Source: an uncultured Actinomycetota bacterium (GTDB taxonomy: Bacteria > Actinomycetota > Actinomycetes > Mycobacteriales > CADCTP01). From it: a stretch of DNA of 64,000 bases. A program made the position numbers and the translations under genes. The number at the start of each line of letters is the position of its first letter. Positions within the stretch are counted from its first letter, which is position 1. A model generated the notes under the pieces. That model worked only from the letters and a program-made list of their open reading frames with translations. It was not told the DNA's origin and did not search any database. The DNA lies in contig CAWKIV010000021.1 in NCBI GenBank assembly GCA_963849885.1, positions 17,064-81,063 of the forward strand, given 5' to 3'. Of the stretch, positions 45,052 to 54,094 are shown in pieces.

Positions 45052-45133
45052 GTGCATCCTCCTGCCGGCTCCGCACCAGATGATCGCACGCGGCCCCGCG
45101 CCGCAGTCTACGAGTCAGGCGGTGACGCGCCGG

Positions 45134-45412
45134 TCAGGCCGCGTGCCGGCCCTTGCGGATGGGGCGGCGGGCGAGCAGCCGGGGCAGCCGCCGGCGCCGG
45201 CCGAGCTGGTTGAGCGCGGCCGGGAAGCCCTCCCGGACGAAGGTGTCCATCTCCTCCGGCCGCGCCTCCTCGAGGAACTCCTCCACCCGGTTTTCCACCG
45301 CGACGGTCCGGAGCGGGCTCTCCACCCGCTCCATGAGGATCATGAAGGCGAGCAGGACGAACGGGAAGAACACCACGAGCAAGCCAGCCATAGTGACCAC
45401 ATCCTGCCTCAT
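45134..45412 (-). CDS. small membrane protein (one TM; conserved crp/nth neighbour)
   Basis: [52 protein letters not shown]. The start is either 45412 or 45391. Confidence 0.6.
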   Translation of the reverse strand: MRQDVVTMAGLLVVFFPFVLLAFMILMERVESPLRTVAVENRVEEFLEEARPEEMDTFVREGFPAALNQLGRRRRLPRLLARRPIRKGRHAA

Positions 45413-45536
45413 CGTGCCCGGCAGCACACCCTGGCCACGCCCGGCACCAGCGGAATCACGCGCCGTGTTCGTCGCCCGGTCCCGAGTCGGGCACTCGTAC
45501 GGCGGACTGTCACACCCGGGCCGTAGGCTGGCCGCC

Positions 45537-46277
45537 GTGACCTCCCCGGCCCGCGCCCGGCGCTTCGCCGCCGAGACCGCGCTCGGCCGGACCCGGCGGG
45601 CCCGGCGGATGACCAGGGAGCTGGCCGAGCGGTGGCCGGACGCGGTCTGCGAGCTCGACTTCAGCTCGCCGCTGGAGCTCGCCGTGGCCACCATCCTGTC
45701 CGCCCAGTCGACCGACCGGATGGTCAACACGGTCACCCCGGCGTTGTTCGCGAAGTTCCCGACCGCGGCCGACTACGCCGGCGCGGACCGGGCCGAGCTG
45801 GAGCAGCTGCTCAAGCCGACCGGCTTCTTCCGCAACAAGACGACCTCGCTGATCGGGCTCGGCCAGGCCCTGGTGGAGCGGTACGACGGGGTGCTGCCGG
45901 GCCGGCTGGAGGACCTGGTCACGCTGCCCGGGATCGGCCGCAAGACGGCCAACGTGATCCTCGGCAACGCCTTCGGCGTCCCCGGCATCACCGTGGACAC
46001 CCACTTCGGCCGGCTGGTCCGGCGCTGGCAGTGGACCGCGGAGACCGACGCGGTCAAGGTCGAGTTCGCGGTCGCCGCGATGATCCCCAAGCGGGAGTGG
46101 ACCGACCTGTCCCAGCGGACCATCTGGCACGGCCGGCGGATCTGCCACGCCCGCAAGCCGGCCTGCGGGGCCTGCTCGCTGGCTCCCGACTGCCCGGCGT
46201 ACGGGACCGGCCCGGTCGACCCGGAGGTCGCGGCGAAGCTGGTGAAGAGCGGGCGCGAAGTCGCGGACTCGCGGTGA
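45537..46277 (+). CDS. nth: endonuclease III
   Basis: ILSAQSTD, Hh[14 protein letters not shown], catalytic DTH, and the Fe-S cluster [17 protein letters not shown]. Confidence 0.93.
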   Translation: MTSPARARRFAAETALGRTRRARRMTRELAERWPDAVCELDFSSPLELAVATILSAQSTDRMVNTVTPALFAKFPTAADYAGADRAELEQLLKPTGFFRNKTTSLIGLGQALVERYDGVLPGRLEDLVTLPGIGRKTANVILGNAFGVPGITVDTHFGRLVRRWQWTAETDAVKVEFAVAAMIPKREWTDLSQRTIWHGRRICHARKPACGACSLAPDCPAYGTGPVDPEVAAKLVKSGREVADSR

Positions 46278-46876
46278 GCGGCCGGCGAGGGCTCCGCGTC
46301 GCCGCGCTGCTGACGGCCCTGCTGACGGCTCTGCTGCTGGCCGGCTGCACCGGCGAGGACGCGGCGCCGGCCCCGGCGGGGGAGGCCCGGGCCGTGGTCG
46401 GCGTGGGCTGCCCGTCGCTGGGCCAGCAGTCCACCGCGGCGACCGCGCTGCCCGACCTGGAGCTGCCCTGCCTGGGCAGCGGCGAGGGCAGCGCGCCGCC
46501 GGTGCCGCTGCGCCGGCTGACCGGCACCCCGACGGTGGTCAACCTGTGGGCCACCTGGTGCGGTCCGTGCCGCGAGGAGCTGCCGGCCCTCGCCCGGCTG
46601 CACACCGACGCCGCCGGCAAGGTCCGGGTGCTCGGGGTGAACAGTCAGGACCGGGCCGGCGCGGCGGTGGCGTACGCGGCGGACGAGCGGCTGCCGTTCG
46701 GCTCGCTGGAGGACCGGGACGGCCGGCTGCTCCGGGCGCTGCGCGGCCCCGGGCTGCCGGTGACCGTCTTCGTCGCGGCGGACGGCGCCATCGCGGAGGT
46801 CTACCGGGGACCGCCGCTGACCGACGCGACGCTGCGCCGGCTGGTGCGGGACGAGCTCGGTGTCGATGTCGGCTGA
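46274..46876 (+). CDS. TlpA-family thiol:disulfide oxidoreductase lipoprotein
   Basis: Lipobox LLLAGC and the thioredoxin motif WATWCGPC. Its GTG overlaps the nth stop (GTGA). Confidence 0.88.
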   Translation: MSGRRGLRVAALLTALLTALLLAGCTGEDAAPAPAGEARAVVGVGCPSLGQQSTAATALPDLELPCLGSGEGSAPPVPLRRLTGTPTVVNLWATWCGPCREELPALARLHTDAAGKVRVLGVNSQDRAGAAVAYAADERLPFGSLEDRDGRLLRALRGPGLPVTVFVAADGAIAEVYRGPPLTDATLRRLVRDELGVDVG

Positions 46877-47675
46877 CCCGGCCCCGGCCACCCTCCCCGA
46901 CTGGCTCGCGCCGCTGGTCCGGGCGGCGCGGACGGCTGCCGCCGGCGACTTCCTCCGGCCCACGCCGGCCGCCCCGCCCGGCGGCGGCCGCCGGTCCGCG
47001 GTGCTCATCCTGCTCGCCGACGGCCCGGCCGGGCCGGAGGTGCTGCTCATCCAGCGGGCCGAGCAGCTGCGCAAGCACGCCGGGCAGCCGGCCTTCCCCG
47101 GCGGGGCGGCCGACCCGGAGGACGGCGGGCCGGAGGACACCGCGCTGCGGGAGGCGGCCGAGGAGGTCGGGCTGGACCGGGCCGGCGTGCGGGTCGTGGC
47201 GTTGCTGCCGGAGCTGTACGTGGCGCCCTCCGGCTTCGCGGTGACGCCGGTGCTGGCCTGGTGGCACGCGCCGCACCCGGTCGGCGTGGTCGACCCGGCG
47301 GAGGTGGCCCGGGTGGAGCGGGTGCCGGTGGCCGAGCTGGTCGACCCGGCCAACCGGTGCCGGGTCCGGCACCCCTCCGGCCACGTCGGCCCGGCCTTCA
47401 CCGTGCGCGGCATGATCGTCTGGGGCTTCACCGGGGCGGTGCTGGACCGGCTGCTCGAGCTGGCCGGCTGGGCCGGGCCGTGGGACCCGGACGTGGTCCG
47501 GGAGCTGCCGCAGCGGGCGCTCGACCTGTCCGCCCGCGGGATGCCGCCGGGCTACCGGGCGGCGTCCGGTCCGGATCCGGACCCGGATCCGGAGGACGAC
47601 GGCCCGGCGGCCGACGACGTGCTGCCCGCCGGGTCCTGCCCGTCCGGCGACCCACGGCGGCCGGGTACGGTCTAG
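46860..47675 (+). CDS. NUDIX hydrolase (CoA pyrophosphatase-like)
   Basis: SAVLILL...LLIQRAEQLRKHAGQPAFPGGAADPEDGGPEDTALREAAEEVGL. Confidence 0.85.
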   Translation: MSMSADPAPATLPDWLAPLVRAARTAAAGDFLRPTPAAPPGGGRRSAVLILLADGPAGPEVLLIQRAEQLRKHAGQPAFPGGAADPEDGGPEDTALREAAEEVGLDRAGVRVVALLPELYVAPSGFAVTPVLAWWHAPHPVGVVDPAEVARVERVPVAELVDPANRCRVRHPSGHVGPAFTVRGMIVWGFTGAVLDRLLELAGWAGPWDPDVVRELPQRALDLSARGMPPGYRAASGPDPDPDPEDDGPAADDVLPAGSCPSGDPRRPGTV

Positions 47676-47709
47676 TGGTGAAGATGCCGGCCCGTTCCCG
47701 GGTGGGTCC

Positions 47710-48891
47710 GTGAGCTGGCTCGACGCCCTGGTCCTGGTGCTGGCGGTCGCGTTCGCGGTGAGCGGCTTCCGGCAGGGCTTCCTCACCGCGGCGCTGTCCT
47801 TCCTCGGCTTCTTCGGCGGTGCGGTGCTGGGCGCGCAGGTCGCCGACCCGGTCGCGTCCCGGTTCGCCGCCGACTCCTCCTGGCGGGTCGCCGCCGCGGT
47901 CGCGGTCGTGCTCGCCTTCGCCCTCGGCGGCCAGGTGATCGCGGTCGGGGTGGGGCGGCAGCTGCGCAGCCGGCTGACCTGGCGGCCGGCGCAGCGGGTG
48001 GACGCGGTGCTCGGCGCGCTGGTCTCCGCGCTGGCGGTGCTGCTGGTGGTCTGGATGGTGGCCACCCCGCTGGCCGCGGCACCGTACCCGCGGCTGGCCG
48101 CGGCGGTCCGGGACAGCCAGCTGGTCCGGGCCATCGACGAGGTGGTGCCGCGCCCGGTGCGCACGCTCTACGCGTCGCTGCGCGACGTGGTCCGGGCGTA
48201 CGACTTCCCGGAGGTCTTCGGGCCGCTGGTGCCGACCCGGGTGCGGGACGTGCCGGAGCCGGACCGGCGGCTGAGGACCAGCCCCGTGGTCGCCCGGGCC
48301 GCGCCGTCGGTGCTGAAGATCACCGGCGTGGCCGGGTCGTGCGCCCGGCGGGTGGAGGGCTCCGGGTTCGTGTACGCGCCGGACCGGGTGATGACCAACG
48401 CGCACGTCGTCGCGGGCGTCACCCGACCCCAGGTCGAGGTGGACGGGGAGCAGCGGGCGGCGACCGTGGTGCTCTACGACTCGGCCCGCGACGTCGCCGT
48501 GCTGCGGGTGCCGGGACTGGGGCTGCGGGCGCTGCCGTTCGCCACCGCGGAGGCCGACACCGGCGACGACGCGATCATCCTCGGCTACCCGGAGAACGGG
48601 CCGTTCTTCGTCGGGCCGGCCCGGGTCCGGGACCGGCTGCAGATCCGCGGCCCGGACATCTACGACGACCGCACGGTGACCCGCGAGGTCTACTCGATCC
48701 TCGGCGACGTCCGCAGCGGCAACTCGGGCGGTCCGCTGCTCGCCCCGAACGGCAGCGTCTACGGCGTGATCTTCGCCGCCGCGATCGACCAGCAGCGGAC
48801 CGGCTTCGTGCTCACCGCGGGCGAGGTGGCCGACGACGCCCGCGCCGGCCGGACCGCCACCGAGGCGGTCTCGACCGGCGACTGCGCCTGA
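47710..48891 (+). CDS. marP: MarP-family membrane serine protease (CvpA-like TM domain plus trypsin-like domain)
   Basis: N-terminal 4-TM CvpA region. Protease motifs VMTNAHVVAG and GNSGGPLL. Confidence 0.9.
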   Translation: MSWLDALVLVLAVAFAVSGFRQGFLTAALSFLGFFGGAVLGAQVADPVASRFAADSSWRVAAAVAVVLAFALGGQVIAVGVGRQLRSRLTWRPAQRVDAVLGALVSALAVLLVVWMVATPLAAAPYPRLAAAVRDSQLVRAIDEVVPRPVRTLYASLRDVVRAYDFPEVFGPLVPTRVRDVPEPDRRLRTSPVVARAAPSVLKITGVAGSCARRVEGSGFVYAPDRVMTNAHVVAGVTRPQVEVDGEQRAATVVLYDSARDVAVLRVPGLGLRALPFATAEADTGDDAIILGYPENGPFFVGPARVRDRLQIRGPDIYDDRTVTREVYSILGDVRSGNSGGPLLAPNGSVYGVIFAAAIDQQRTGFVLTAGEVADDARAGRTATEAVSTGDCA

Positions 48892-48949
48892 GCTCTAGGC
48901 CCGCGACTGGTACGTCACCAGCGACGGCGTAGCAACGTTGCCGCCTCAG

Positions 48950-48976
48950 GGTGGGCAAGTCAGTCCTTTGCCCACC
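48950..48976. terminator. 9-bp hairpin between the convergent marP and hydrolase 3' ends (it overlaps the last hydrolase codons)
   Basis: GGTGGGCAA-gtcagtcct-TTGCCCACC. Confidence 0.4.
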
Positions 48977-49889
48977 GAACGAGCTCGCCGGTCACCCGGT
49001 CAGGGGCCTCCTGGTGGGCGAAGTGCCCGACGCCGTCGAGCAGCCGCCACTCGTACGCCGCCGCGACGTACCGCCCCGAGCCCAGCGCCGTGCGCGGCAG
49101 CACGCTGCCGTCCAGGCCGCCATGCAGCTGCAGGGTCGGCGCGGTGACCGGCTCGGAGAGCGACTTCGCGTACCGGAGGCCGTCCGGGCGGACCACCGAG
49201 CGCAGCATCCACCGGTAGTACTCCAGCGCGCAGTGCGCGGTCTTCGGGATCAGGATCGCCTCCCGGCACCGCCGCACCGCCTCCGCGTAGTCGGCCGTGC
49301 GCGCCCAGGCCGGCCCGGACCACCGCTCGAAGAGCTCGCCGACGTACCGGGCGTCGTCGCGGGTGAGCAGCGACTCGGCCAGCCGCGGCGTCTGGAAGCC
49401 GAACGCGTACCGGCTCGCCCGCAGCTGGCCGCGCGGGTCGGTGACCAGCGCGCTGCGCAGCCGCAGCGGGTGCGGCGCGTCCAGCACCGCGAGCCGGCGC
49501 ACCACCCGCGGGTGCAGCGTGCCGACCGTCCACGCCAGCACGCCGCCCCAGTCGTGCCCGACGATCATCGCGTCCCGCTCGCCGAGCGCCCGGACCAGCC
49601 CGGCCACGTCCGCGGCCAGCGTCACCGCGTCGTAGCCGCGGGGCGGCTTGTCGCTGGCCCCGTAGCCGCGCAGGTCCGGCGCGACCACCCGGAAGCCGGC
49701 GTCGGCCAGCCCGACCAGCTGGTGCCGCCAGCTCCACCAGAACTCCGGGAAGCCGTGCAGCAGCAGCACCAGCGGCCCGGTGCCGGCCTCGGCGACGTGC
49801 AGGCGGATGCCGTTGGCGCTGACGTCCCGGTGGGTCCACGGGCCGTCGACCAGGACGACGGAGCTGTCGGTGCCCCGGCCCTTAGGCAT
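48960..49889 (-). CDS. alpha/beta hydrolase (EphE-like epoxide hydrolase)
   Basis: THRDVSANGIRLHVAEAGTGPLVLLLHGFPEFWWSWRHQ...IVGHDWGGVLAW...GHFAHQEAP. Confidence 0.9.
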   Translation of the reverse strand: MPKGRGTDSSVVLVDGPWTHRDVSANGIRLHVAEAGTGPLVLLLHGFPEFWWSWRHQLVGLADAGFRVVAPDLRGYGASDKPPRGYDAVTLAADVAGLVRALGERDAMIVGHDWGGVLAWTVGTLHPRVVRRLAVLDAPHPLRLRSALVTDPRGQLRASRYAFGFQTPRLAESLLTRDDARYVGELFERWSGPAWARTADYAEAVRRCREAILIPKTAHCALEYYRWMLRSVVRPDGLRYAKSLSEPVTAPTLQLHGGLDGSVLPRTALGSGRYVAAAYEWRLLDGVGHFAHQEAPDRVTGELVRWAKD

Positions 49890-50362
49890 CGGCCGCCGTA
49901 GCGGATGTGGCGGCGTGGCGGCGTGGCCGGCGTGGCGGGCGTGGCCGGCGTGGCCGGCGTGGCGGACGTGGGGTGCCGCGCCCAGGCCGCCGTCTCCTTG
50001 ACCGTCTCCAGCGTCCGCTCCGGCTTGCGCACCTTCCTCAGCTGGCTGCGCCCGACCAGCGCCAGCACCACGGCGACGATCAGGAAGAACACCCACACGA
50101 TCAGGTACGCCAGCCAGCGCCAGACCCCGAGCGCGACCAGCCCCTCGGCGAACACGACGAACAGGAACGGCAGCGACAGCAGCAGGACCGCGACGGCGGC
50201 CCCGAGCAGGCCACCGCCGGTGCCAGCCCGCTTGACGGTGTCGGTCAGCTCCGCCTTGGCCAGCTCGACCTCACCGCGGAACAGGGTGGAGACGTGCTCG
50301 GAGGCCTGTTGGACCAGCTCGCCGACCGACGGCTCCTCGTCGGGGGGTCTGACCGTGCTCAC
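49882..50362 (-). CDS. Holin-X (DUF1469) family membrane protein. As sequenced, the ORF has no stop until 49622; the 3' end given here is inferred.
   Basis: EHVSTLFRGEVELAKAELTDTVKRAGTGGGLLGAAVAVLLLSLPFLFVVFAEGLVALGVWRWLAYLIVWVFFLIVAVVLALVG. The C-terminus runs through a 9-nt repeat in which two units are only 8 nt. Confidence 0.6.
49907..49976. repeat. tandem 9-nt repeat GTGGC(C/G)GGC, about 8 units, two of which are 8 nt
   Basis: GTGG recurs at 49907, 49915, 49923, 49932, 49941, 49950, 49959 and 49968, giving spacings of 8, 8, 9, 9, 9, 9 and 9 nt. It encodes (ATP)n on the minus strand. Confidence 0.85.
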
Positions 50363-50433
50363 TCGGCGCCTCCTCGTGGTCGTGGCCGCGATCATCCCGG
50401 GTGCGGCGGGCTCCGGTCCAGCGGACCGCGCGG

Positions 50434-51732
50434 TCACCCGCCCAGGACGAAGTAGCGCAGCCACAGGTACGGCGCCGAGAGCAGGATCGTCACGGCGGCG
50501 ACCACCAGCCCGTACCGGGTGAACCGCCAGAACGAGATCCGGTGCCCGCTGCGCTCGGCGATGCCGAGCACCACCACGTTGGCGCTGGCGCCGACCGCGG
50601 TCGCGTTGCCGCCCAGGTCGGCGCCGAGGGCCAGCGCCCACCAGAGCACGTTCGGGTCCGCGCCGCCGGGCTGCGCGTTCGCGACCAGCTCGGCCACGAC
50701 CGGGCTCATCGTCGCCACGTACGGGATGTTGTCCACGATGGCGGACAGCACCGCGGACACCCCGAGCAGCAGCATGGAGCCGCGGAAGAGGTCGCCGCCG
50801 GTGGCCTCGCCGGCCGCGTTCGCGAGCCTGTCGATCACCCCCGCGCTGATCAGCCCGCCGACGACCACGAACAGGCCCATGAAGAAGACCAGCGTGGGCC
50901 ACTCCACCTCTCGCAGCGCGGTCTCGATCCGCACCCGGGAGACGAAGACCAGCAGTCCGGCGCCGAGCAGGGCGACGATCGACGGCTCCAGGTGCAGCGC
51001 GGTGTGCAGCACGAAGCCGACGATCGTCAGCCCGAGCACGGCGAGGCTCTGCCAGAGCAGAGTGCGGTCCCGGATCGCCTCCCGCTCGTCCAGCTCCATG
51101 ATCTCCGCGACCCGGTCCGGGTGCAGCGTCAGCGCCTTGCGGAAGAGCAGCCGGCAGAGCACCAGCAGCACCCCGACCAGCACCAGCACGAACGGCGCCA
51201 GGTTGACCAGGAAGTCGTTGAAGGACAGGCCGGACCGGCTGGCGATGATGATGTTCGGCGGGTCGCCGATGAGCGTCGCGGTGCCGCCGATGTTCGAGGC
51301 GAACACCTCGGCGATGAGGAACGGGACCGGGTCGAGGTCGAGCCGGTCGCAGAGCAGCACGGTGACCGGCGCGACCAGCAGCACGGTGGTGACGTTGTCC
51401 AGCAGCGCGGAGGCCAGCGCGGTGAGGACGACCAGGCTGGCCATGATCCGGAACGGCCGGCCCCGGGCCCGCTTCGCCGACCAGATCGCCAGGAACTCGA
51501 AGACGCCGGTCTGCCGGAGGACGCCGACGAGGATCATCATGCCGAGCAGCAGGAAGATGACGTTCCAGTCGATCGCCGTCTCCCGGTCGAAGAACGCCGA
51601 CTCCGCGTCCACCACACCGATGACCACCATCGCCGCCGCCCCGCCGAGCGCGGCCGCGACCCGGTGCACCCGCTCGGTGGCGATGAGTGCGTACGTGACG
51701 ACGAAGACCGCGGTGGCCAGGACGGCCGTCAC
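50434..51732 (-). CDS. ArsB/NhaD-superfamily (SLC13-like) ion transporter permease
   Basis: [17 protein letters not shown]...[16 protein letters not shown]...[19 protein letters not shown]...[12 protein letters not shown]. Its GTG overlaps the stop of the CBS gene (GTGA). Confidence 0.85.
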   Translation of the reverse strand: MTAVLATAVFVVTYALIATERVHRVAAALGGAAAMVVIGVVDAESAFFDRETAIDWNVIFLLLGMMILVGVLRQTGVFEFLAIWSAKRARGRPFRIMASLVVLTALASALLDNVTTVLLVAPVTVLLCDRLDLDPVPFLIAEVFASNIGGTATLIGDPPNIIIASRSGLSFNDFLVNLAPFVLVLVGVLLVLCRLLFRKALTLHPDRVAEIMELDEREAIRDRTLLWQSLAVLGLTIVGFVLHTALHLEPSIVALLGAGLLVFVSRVRIETALREVEWPTLVFFMGLFVVVGGLISAGVIDRLANAAGEATGGDLFRGSMLLLGVSAVLSAIVDNIPYVATMSPVVAELVANAQPGGADPNVLWWALALGADLGGNATAVGASANVVVLGIAERSGHRISFWRFTRYGLVVAAVTILLSAPYLWLRYFVLGG

Positions 51733-52181
51733 GGCAGCATCCGCTCGAGCAGCCGGCCGATCGTGATGACGCCCACGAACCGGCCCTCGTCCACCACGGC
51801 GACCAGGGGGCTGCGCAGTCGCGCCATCACCGCCGCGATCTCCACCGCGGTGGCCTTGCCGGCGACCACCGGCGGCTCGGTCCGCTCCGCCCGCAGCAGG
51901 GTGCGGACCGGCGTGCCGGCGAGCTTGCCGGTGAGCAGGTCGGCGTGCCGCTCGTCGTACACCCGCGCGAGCATCGGGTCGTCCTGCACGTAGCCGGGGA
52001 TGGCGAAGCGCAGCACCTGGGAGCCGGGCAGGACGGAGTGCGGCATCCCGGCCGCGTCGACCACGACCAGGCCGGGCAGCCGGCGCTCGGCCAGCAGCCG
52101 GGCCGCCGCGGCGGCGTCGTGGTCGAGACCGACGGTCGGGAAGTCCGGGTCGGCGAGGTCTCGGGCGAGCAGCGGAACCAC
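51729..52181 (-). CDS. CBS domain-containing protein
   Basis: Two CBS repeats ([23 protein letters not shown]; [31 protein letters not shown]). Confidence 0.82.
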   Translation of the reverse strand: MVPLLARDLADPDFPTVGLDHDAAAAARLLAERRLPGLVVVDAAGMPHSVLPGSQVLRFAIPGYVQDDPMLARVYDERHADLLTGKLAGTPVRTLLRAERTEPPVVAGKATAVEIAAVMARLRSPLVAVVDEGRFVGVITIGRLLERMLP

Positions 52182-52231
52182 CTCCGGTCGCGCGGATACT
52201 GGGACCCGCCGACCAGGCTTCCCGGCTCACC
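52182..52231 (-). promoter_or_regulatory. conserved leader element, copy A (upstream of the CBS-ArsB/NhaD operon)
   Basis: Sense strand: GGTGAGCCGGGAAGCCTGGTCGGCGGGTCCCAGTATCCGCGCGACCGGAG, followed directly by the GTG start. Near-identical to copy B. Confidence 0.6.
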
Positions 52232-52330
52232 TGCTCCGGACCCTATCCTGGCCGGGCGCCGCCCTCGGCGACGCTGAGTGTGCCGGTCGCGGGGCCCGAC
52301 CACGTCCGCGACCTGCCGCTGGGCGGCGTG

Positions 52331-52470
52331 CCGGCCGAGGCGCCGGCTGGGGCGCCGGCTGGGCGCGTCGGCTGGGGGCGGCGGCTGGGGCGCCGGCTGG
52401 GCGTCGGCTGGGGGCGCCGGCTGGGGGCGCCGGCTGAGGGCGCCGGTTACGGCGCCGGTTAGGCGCCGGC
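52331..52470. repeat. intergenic tandem repeat, about 11 units of 11-14 nt, consensus GCGCCGGCTGGG(G)
   Basis: ggcgccggctgggg cgccggctggg cgcgtcggctgggg gcggcggctgggg cgccggctggg cgtcggctgggg gcgccggctgggg gcgccggctgagg gcgccggttacg gcgccggttagg. It lies between the nhaA stop and leader copy A. Confidence 0.85.
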
Positions 52471-52475
52471 TCGTG

Positions 52476-54089
52476 TCAGGGCCGCGGCGGCAGCTCCGGG
52501 ACCGTGCCGGGTGGGGCGCAGACGCCGCCGCGGTCGCCGAACAAGCGGAAGACCGCCCCACCCAGCAGGGCGGCGAGCAGCGAGCCGGCGAGCACGCCGA
52601 TCACCGCCTGCTCCCGCAGCGCCGGGTCGGCGAAAGCCAGGTCGGTGATGAAGAGGGCCACGGTGAAGCCGATGCCGGCCAGCGTGGCCCCGCCGATCAG
52701 CTGGCCGCGGCGGATCTCCCCGGGCAGCATGCCGATCCGCAACCGCAGCGCGAGCAGCGTGCTGCCGCTGATGCCGACGCTCTTGCCGACCACCAGCGCC
52801 ACCACGATGCCGAGGGTCACCGGCGACGTGGCCGACAGCCGCAGCGTCTCGGCGTCCAGCCGGACGCCCGCGTTCGCCAGCGCGAAGAGCGGCACGATGA
52901 GGTAGGACGTCCACGGGTGCAGCGCGTACTGGATCCGCTCGTTGGGGGAGATGGTCGCGGTCGCCGCCAGCCGGGTCAGCCGCGCCTGCTCCGGGGTGGC
53001 CGGGTCCTCGGCGAGGGCGCGGGCGTACGGGTCGATCTCGGTCGGCGGCGCCGGCGCCCGGGTGGGGATCAGCAGCCCGACCAGCACACCGGCGATGGTG
53101 GCGTGCACGCCGGACGCGTGGACGGCCAGCCACAGCGCCAGCCCGACGGCCAGGTACGCCGGGCTGCGCCAGATGCGGAGGAAGCGCAGCGCGACCAGGG
53201 CGCCGACGAGCACCGCCGCCGCCAGCAGCGGTCCGAGGGCCAGGTCGTCGGAGTAGAAGATCGCGATCACCAGGATGGCGCCGATGTCGTCGACGATCGC
53301 GACGGTGAGCAGGAAGAGCCGCAGCGGGTCGGGACAGCGCGGGCCGAGCAGGGCCAGCGCGCCGAGCACGAAGGCGATGTCGGTGGCCATCGCGATGCCC
53401 CAGCCCCGGGCGCCGGCGCCACCCGCGTTGACCGCGGTGAAGATCAGCGCCGGCAGGACCATGCCGCCGAGCGCGGCCAGCACCGGCACCCCGATCGTCC
53501 GGCGGTCCCGCAGCTCCCCGACGGCGACCTCGCGGGTCACCTCCAGCCCGACGACCAGGAAGAAGAGCGCCATCAGGCCGTCGTTGACCCAGTGCTGCAG
53601 GTCCATCGTGAGGTCGGCGGCGCCGATTCGGACGCCGGCCTCGGTCGCCCACAGCCGCTGGTAGCTGTCGCCGAACGGGGAGTTGGCCCAGAGCAGGGCG
53701 ACCACGGTGGCGGCGACGAGCAGCACCCCGGAGCCGACCTCGGTGGCCAGGAAGCGGCGCAGCGGGACGGTGATGGCCGGGCGCGGCAGGCGGCTCGGCG
53801 GACCGGGCCGCGGCGGATCGGCCTGTGCGGGGTCGGGCTGTGCGGGGTCGGGCTGTGCGGGGTCGGCCTGTGCGGGGCCGGGCTGTGCGGGGCCGGGCGG
53901 TGCGGGGCCGGGCGGTGTGGGGCCGGGCGGTGTGGGGCCGGGCTGTGCGGGGTCGGGCTGTGTGCGGCCGGGCGGTGGGGGGCCGGGCTGTGTGGGGTCG
54001 GCCGGTGTGCGGCCGGGCGGTGCGGGGCCGGGCTGTGGGGGGCCGGGCTGTGGAGAGCCGGGCTGCGGCTGGGCAGGGGCGCCGGTCAT
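52476..54089 (-). CDS. nhaA: Na+/H+ antiporter NhaA with a ~110-aa Pro-rich repetitive N-terminal extension
   Basis: Core: LWANSPFGDSY...HWVNDGLMALFFLVVGLEV...GWGIAMATDIAFVLG...LTVAIVDDIGAILVIA. There is no start codon between the repeat and TM1. The ATG at 54089 has a GGAG 5 nt upstream. Confidence 0.9.
   Translation of the reverse strand: MTGAPAQPQPGSPQPGPPQPGPAPPGRTPADPTQPGPPPPGRTQPDPAQPGPTPPGPTPPGPAPPGPAQPGPAQADPAQPDPAQPDPAQADPPRPGPPSRLPRPAITVPLRRFLATEVGSGVLLVAATVVALLWANSPFGDSYQRLWATEAGVRIGAADLTMDLQHWVNDGLMALFFLVVGLEVTREVAVGELRDRRTIGVPVLAALGGMVLPALIFTAVNAGGAGARGWGIAMATDIAFVLGALALLGPRCPDPLRLFLLTVAIVDDIGAILVIAIFYSDDLALGPLLAAAVLVGALVALRFLRIWRSPAYLAVGLALWLAVHASGVHATIAGVLVGLLIPTRAPAPPTEIDPYARALAEDPATPEQARLTRLAATATISPNERIQYALHPWTSYLIVPLFALANAGVRLDAETLRLSATSPVTLGIVVALVVGKSVGISGSTLLALRLRIGMLPGEIRRGQLIGGATLAGIGFTVALFITDLAFADPALREQAVIGVLAGSLLAALLGGAVFRLFGDRGGVCAPPGTVPELPPRP
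53818..54072. repeat. 17 tandem copies of a 15-nt unit (consensus YCGGGCTGTGCGGGG on the plus strand) inside the nhaA 5' coding region
   Basis: Units were read off directly: tcggcctgtgcgggg / tcgggctgtgcgggg / ... / ccgggctgcggctgg. They encode P-(A/T/P)-Q-P-(D/G) pentapeptides on the minus strand. Confidence 0.9.
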
Positions 54090-54094
54090 GGCAG

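Noticed and set aside
45052-45536. Crp operator sites (TGTGA-N6-TCACA) around crp, the small membrane gene and nth.
   Set aside because: Only partial half-sites are present (for example TGTCACAC near 45508), with no properly spaced palindrome.
52331-54072. The tandem repeat arrays as a possible CRISPR locus.
   Set aside because: The units are 11-15 nt and directly abutting, with no unique spacers. One array is in frame inside nhaA, and no cas genes are nearby.
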